From: Coriobacteriales bacterium
GTDB taxonomy: Bacteria; Actinomycetota; Coriobacteriia; Coriobacteriales; UBA8131
Assembly (NCBI GenBank): GCA_031555185.1
Contig: JAVBUQ010000044.1
Location: 1 to 35,501 of the forward strand
Direction: 5' to 3'
Length of the DNA stretch: 35,501 nt
Position 1 is the stretch's first letter, and every line of letters starts with the position of its first letter. The notes beneath the pieces were generated by a model. It worked only from the letters and a program-made list of their open reading frames with translations. It ran no database searches and was not told where the DNA came from. Shown here one piece after another: positions 32,544 to 35,501 of the stretch. A program made the translations under genes and the position numbers.

Positions 32544-34259
32544 ATGCACATGAGTGAGAAATCAAAGTCAGAAGCCCTATCGAGAAGAGCATTTTTAGCT
32601 GGCACGGGTTGTGTGACCGCGGGAGTAGCGTTGGCAGGCCTGGCTGCCTGTAACAGCAGTACTTCCGAAGAGGGCGCTGCAGCTGCCACGGTACCCGCAT
32701 CATGGACCTATGAAGCAGATGTCGTGGTAGTGGGCACGGGCCCGGCCGGACTGGCCTGTGCGGCCGCCGCAGCCGAAGGTGGCGTGAGTGTCATAGCCAT
32801 AGACGCAAACGATAAGATCGGCGGCAAGGGAATCCAGGCAGGAGGCAATCTCGGTATAGGAGGAGGCACCAGGCTTCAGATAGAAGCAGGGTTTGATGAA
32901 ACAGCGGACATCATTTTTGAGGATCGAACCATTCCTAATCTCAGGACAGACAAGACCATGACGGTTGACACGGTTGATGGCAGGGAATACGAGATGGGTC
33001 AGTGGCGCAAGATCTCAGGTGCCGAGGATGGCGAGGGCATGTCACGTGCTTTTGCAGACAACAGTCTTGACACTTGGAACTGGCTTGACGGAATGGGCAT
33101 TCCCTTTATCAAAGCAAACGTGAGCCAAATGGCAGCGGTGTATCGTGGATCACGTTATTACACCACCACCACACCGGAGCTTGTCGATAGAGAAAACGGA
33201 AAAGACGGAGACTGGGAGGCCGGAGGCGCTGGCCTTTGCTGGCCTATTTATGATACCGCTGTTGATAATGGCGCTGAGTTCAAACTGAGTTGCAAGATGA
33301 CCAGGATTATCAGAGAAGAAGGCGAGCGCGCGGGTAGGGTCATAGGCATTGAAGCGGATGAAGACGGTACCCCCGTAACCATTAAGGCCAATAAAGCAGT
33401 CTTCCTGGGCACAGGAAGCTGGAAGGGTAGTCAGAGGCTCAAGCAGCTATTCCTGCCCTGGCTTGTTAAGTATCCGCATATCAGCGGTGAGCCCTATGTA
33501 TGGAATGACGGTAGCGGTATTGAGCTTGCCCTCGATGCAGGGGCATCTCTTTCAACCGATCGTGGCTGCGACTGGCATGGCTGGCATCGTCACGCGGGGT
33601 CTCTCTGGCATAGTGTTGAGCCACCTTTTGGACTGCCCGGAACAGCGGAGGAGCCTCTCGACAGCGAGTGTATCTATGTAAATGCAGAAGGAAACCGTTT
33701 TATGAATGAGGAAATCGGAGAAGATAACCCTGCTTGGGTTGGCGGAGCAAAACCTTTCTATTTCGCACAGATCTGTGCTTCTCAGACGGTTGATGAGGAT
33801 GGTCCCGTTGTGTGGATTATTCTTGATGAGGCTTCTCGCGAGAGGCAGGACATGGACCTGACCGTTGGCACGACGGTAGAAGATTTCATGTATGCCACTG
33901 CAGATACCATCGATGGCCTGGCGCCTGGCATGGGCGTACCGGCAGACAGCCTTGTTGCGGCAGTAGCGCGGTATAACGAGCTGGTTGGCCAGGGAGTAGA
34001 CGAAGACTTTCAGAAGGTGCACCTCGACGCAAAGATCGAGACCCCTCCATTCCATGCCATCAAGTGGGGCATTCAGAAGCACAATACACTCGGCGGGGTG
34101 ACCATTAACCCTAAAGCCCAGGTCCTGGATTGGGACTATGAGCCCATTCCCGGATTCTATGCTGCGGGTGAGTCTGCGGGAGCTATGGACCTTATCGGAC
34201 TTGCAAAACCAATTGTCTTTGGGCGTATTGCAGGTATGACCATAGCAGAAGAAGAGTAA
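32544..34259 (+). CDS. Tat-exported, probably lipid-anchored FAD-dependent reductase (fumarate-reductase / Cgr2-like flavoprotein family), substrate unknown.
   Basis: This is a 571-aa ORF with a Tat motif SRRAFLAG and an LAAC lipobox. The FAD fold is DVVVVGTGPAGLACAAAAAEGG, and the C-terminal FAD_binding_2 signature is GGVTINPKAQVLD...IPGFYAAGESAG. The ATG at 32544 or 32550 could serve as start, each with a GGAG-type RBS. Confidence 0.9.
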   Translation: MHMSEKSKSEALSRRAFLAGTGCVTAGVALAGLAACNSSTSEEGAAAATVPASWTYEADVVVVGTGPAGLACAAAAAEGGVSVIAIDANDKIGGKGIQAGGNLGIGGGTRLQIEAGFDETADIIFEDRTIPNLRTDKTMTVDTVDGREYEMGQWRKISGAEDGEGMSRAFADNSLDTWNWLDGMGIPFIKANVSQMAAVYRGSRYYTTTTPELVDRENGKDGDWEAGGAGLCWPIYDTAVDNGAEFKLSCKMTRIIREEGERAGRVIGIEADEDGTPVTIKANKAVFLGTGSWKGSQRLKQLFLPWLVKYPHISGEPYVWNDGSGIELALDAGASLSTDRGCDWHGWHRHAGSLWHSVEPPFGLPGTAEEPLDSECIYVNAEGNRFMNEEIGEDNPAWVGGAKPFYFAQICASQTVDEDGPVVWIILDEASRERQDMDLTVGTTVEDFMYATADTIDGLAPGMGVPADSLVAAVARYNELVGQGVDEDFQKVHLDAKIETPPFHAIKWGIQKHNTLGGVTINPKAQVLDWDYEPIPGFYAAGESAGAMDLIGLAKPIVFGRIAGMTIAEEE

Positions 34260-34267
34260 GGGCTGGA

Positions 34268-34912
34268 GTGAGCGTTATCATGAGGAGACTGACTGCTCAA
34301 AAGAGGAAAAGAGTAAAGTTAAGGGTACTTCTGCTCGGTATTGTCCTGGGGACAGTGATACTTCTGCTTGCCTGCTCTCCGCAACAAGGAGCCTCCAACG
34401 GATCAGACGAGGGGAGTGGTCAGGAAAACGGAACAGCTACTCCCATTGAGTGGACGGTTGAGACCGACTGTGGTTCCTGTCATACCAATGAGCAGGTTAC
34501 TGCAGAGGAGTATCCCTGTGAGGCCGCTGAAGAAACCGGATCAAAGTGTGTAATCTGTCACGTGAGCGATGAAGCCGAGATGCAGAAGATTCATGAAGGT
34601 GTTACAACAGAAGACACTGTGCCCAAAAGGTTAAAGGAGACAGAAGTCTCAGACGAAACCTGCCTGGAATGCCACTATGGCACGCGGGAAGCCCTGATAG
34701 CTGCGACTGATGGCGTCGCCGTCGTTACAGACACCAACGGTCTTTCTCTCAATCCGCATAATCCAGGTTCGGCAGGAACGACTCATACCACCATTACCTG
34801 CGCAAGTTGCCATGACCCACACGATACTGTTGAGGTACAGGAAAAGGCGCAGGCAGAGTGTGAATCGTGTCACCATCAAGGAGTGTTTGAGTGCTACACC
34901 TGTCACGACTGA
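34268..34912 (+). CDS. Membrane- or lipid-anchored multiheme c-type cytochrome with six CxxCH motifs.
   Basis: The heme motifs are CGSCH, CVICH, CLECH, CASCH, CESCH and CYTCH in about 150 aa. The N-terminus, KRKRVKLRVLLLGIVLGTVILLLAC, is a signal anchor or lipobox. The gene begins 8 nt after the flavoprotein stop. Either GTG 34268 or ATG 34280 could be the start. Confidence 0.88.
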   Translation: MSVIMRRLTAQKRKRVKLRVLLLGIVLGTVILLLACSPQQGASNGSDEGSGQENGTATPIEWTVETDCGSCHTNEQVTAEEYPCEAAEETGSKCVICHVSDEAEMQKIHEGVTTEDTVPKRLKETEVSDETCLECHYGTREALIAATDGVAVVTDTNGLSLNPHNPGSAGTTHTTITCASCHDPHDTVEVQEKAQAECESCHHQGVFECYTCHD

Positions 34913-34931
34913 CAGACTTCTACTCATAATC

Positions 34932-34963
34932 GCAGCGTGTCAGCCTGTGAGTTGACACGCTGC
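34932..34963 (+). terminator. Hairpin downstream of the cytochrome gene.
   Basis: gcagcgtgtca (34932-34942) pairs with tgacacgctgc (34953-34963), an 11-bp stem with a 10-nt loop. No U-tract follows. Confidence 0.4.
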
Positions 34964-35169
34964 CCCTGATGAGCAGAAGCACACCCTGCAGGCATTGTTT
35001 TTGCTGACAAGATAGAAATTCCTTCTCCTCTCGCCGCAGGCATCATGATCACACATATGGTGCCTGCTGCGTAGATTACCCACTCTGTTTACCCCGCTGC
35101 ATAATTGCTAAGAGCTGCCTACCCTACCCTTGCGCCCAAACAATACAGCCGGATGGTAAAATAGCTGTC

Positions 35170-35501
35170 ATGGATACTCATAAACGACTTTTTGGCACCG
35201 ACGGTGTGCGTGGTGTAGCAAATCACAACCTTACGTGTCAGATGGCTTTTGGCCTTGGTGCAACAGCAATACAACTGCTCGGTCCTACACTTGTTATTGG
35301 GCGCGACACACGGATGAGCGGAAGCATGCTCGAAGCTGCCCTTGTGGCAGGCATTACCTCACGGGGCGGCAAGGCACTCCTGGCCGGCATTATTCCCACC
35401 CCGGCGGTGGCTCTCCTGACCCGCCAACTGGGCGCAGACGGAGGGGTTGTCATCTCCGCCTCACACAACCCACCGGAGTATAACGGCATCAAGTTCTTTG
35501 A
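35170..35501 (+). CDS. glmM: Phosphoglucosamine mutase, N-terminal 110 aa. The gene continues beyond the window end.
   Basis: The ORF is absent from the ORF track because it is open-ended. Translation from ATG 35170 reads [22 protein letters not shown]...[20 protein letters not shown], which includes the catalytic-serine loop SASHNP. Confidence 0.9.
   Translation, partial: MDTHKRLFGTDGVRGVANHNLTCQMAFGLGATAIQLLGPTLVIGRDTRMSGSMLEAALVAGITSRGGKALLAGIIPTPAVALLTRQLGADGGVVISASHNPPEYNGIKFF

Noticed and set aside
33463-34082. Alternative-frame ORF 33463..33681 (+) and antisense ORF 33552..34082 (-) inside the flavoprotein gene.
   Set aside because: They lie within the 571-aa reductase ORF, whose FAD-binding motifs span this region.
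35235-35492. ORFs 35235..35483 (+) and 35238..35492 (-).
   Set aside because: They are off-frame or antisense to the glmM reading frame, which shows the GTDGVRG and SASHNP signatures.

Overview
This 35.5 kb window looks like chromosomal DNA from an Actinomycetota genome, most likely class Coriobacteriia (Eggerthellaceae-like), with a GC content near 50% by eye. The taxon call is inference from two things: the tilS-hpt-ftsH-folE-folP-folK synteny, and membrane-LuxR / Tat-flavoprotein / multiheme-cytochrome modules. No database search was possible.

Most genes are on the minus strand. From left to right the window contains:
- the 5' end of a Tat-exported flavoprotein reductase (runs off the window);
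- tRNA-Ser(GGA), with a 22-bp copy of its own 3' end 220 bp downstream;
- a plus-strand block: multi-zinc-ribbon protein, a 526-aa unknown protein, and a copper P1B-ATPase;
- a DUF559-type endonuclease-fold gene, a membrane zinc-ribbon protein, and a truncated DUF559 paralog abutting tRNA-Ser(CGA);
- a 63-nt pure polypurine G-tract;
- a CPA1 Na+/H+ antiporter;
- an Fe-ADH / tungsten aldehyde:ferredoxin oxidoreductase / MoaD-like operon;
- a nested inverted-repeat (MITE-like) element with a tandemly repeated end;
- glpK plus a 1,073-aa three-way fusion of the anaerobic glycerol-3-phosphate dehydrogenase components;
- a lipoprotein, tRNA-Ala(TGC), a GGDEF diguanylate cyclase and tRNA-Ile(GAT);
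- the folate/housekeeping block: folK::rsmI fusion, folP, folE, ftsH, hpt, tilS;
- a cgr-like respiratory module: a divergent polytopic LuxR regulator, a Tat flavoprotein reductase and a six-heme cytochrome c;
- the 5' end of glmM.

No rRNA, CRISPR array, transposase, integrase or recognisable defence system was seen. The observations most worth following up are:
- the orphan flavin-reductase/cytochrome/LuxR module;
- the two multi-domain gene fusions (the second cluster also lacks folB);
- the nested palindromic element at 15.37-15.69 kb;
- the in-frame tandem triplication directly after the DKTGT motif of CopA;
- a window-wide habit of in-frame tandem-repeat insertions in otherwise conserved proteins.
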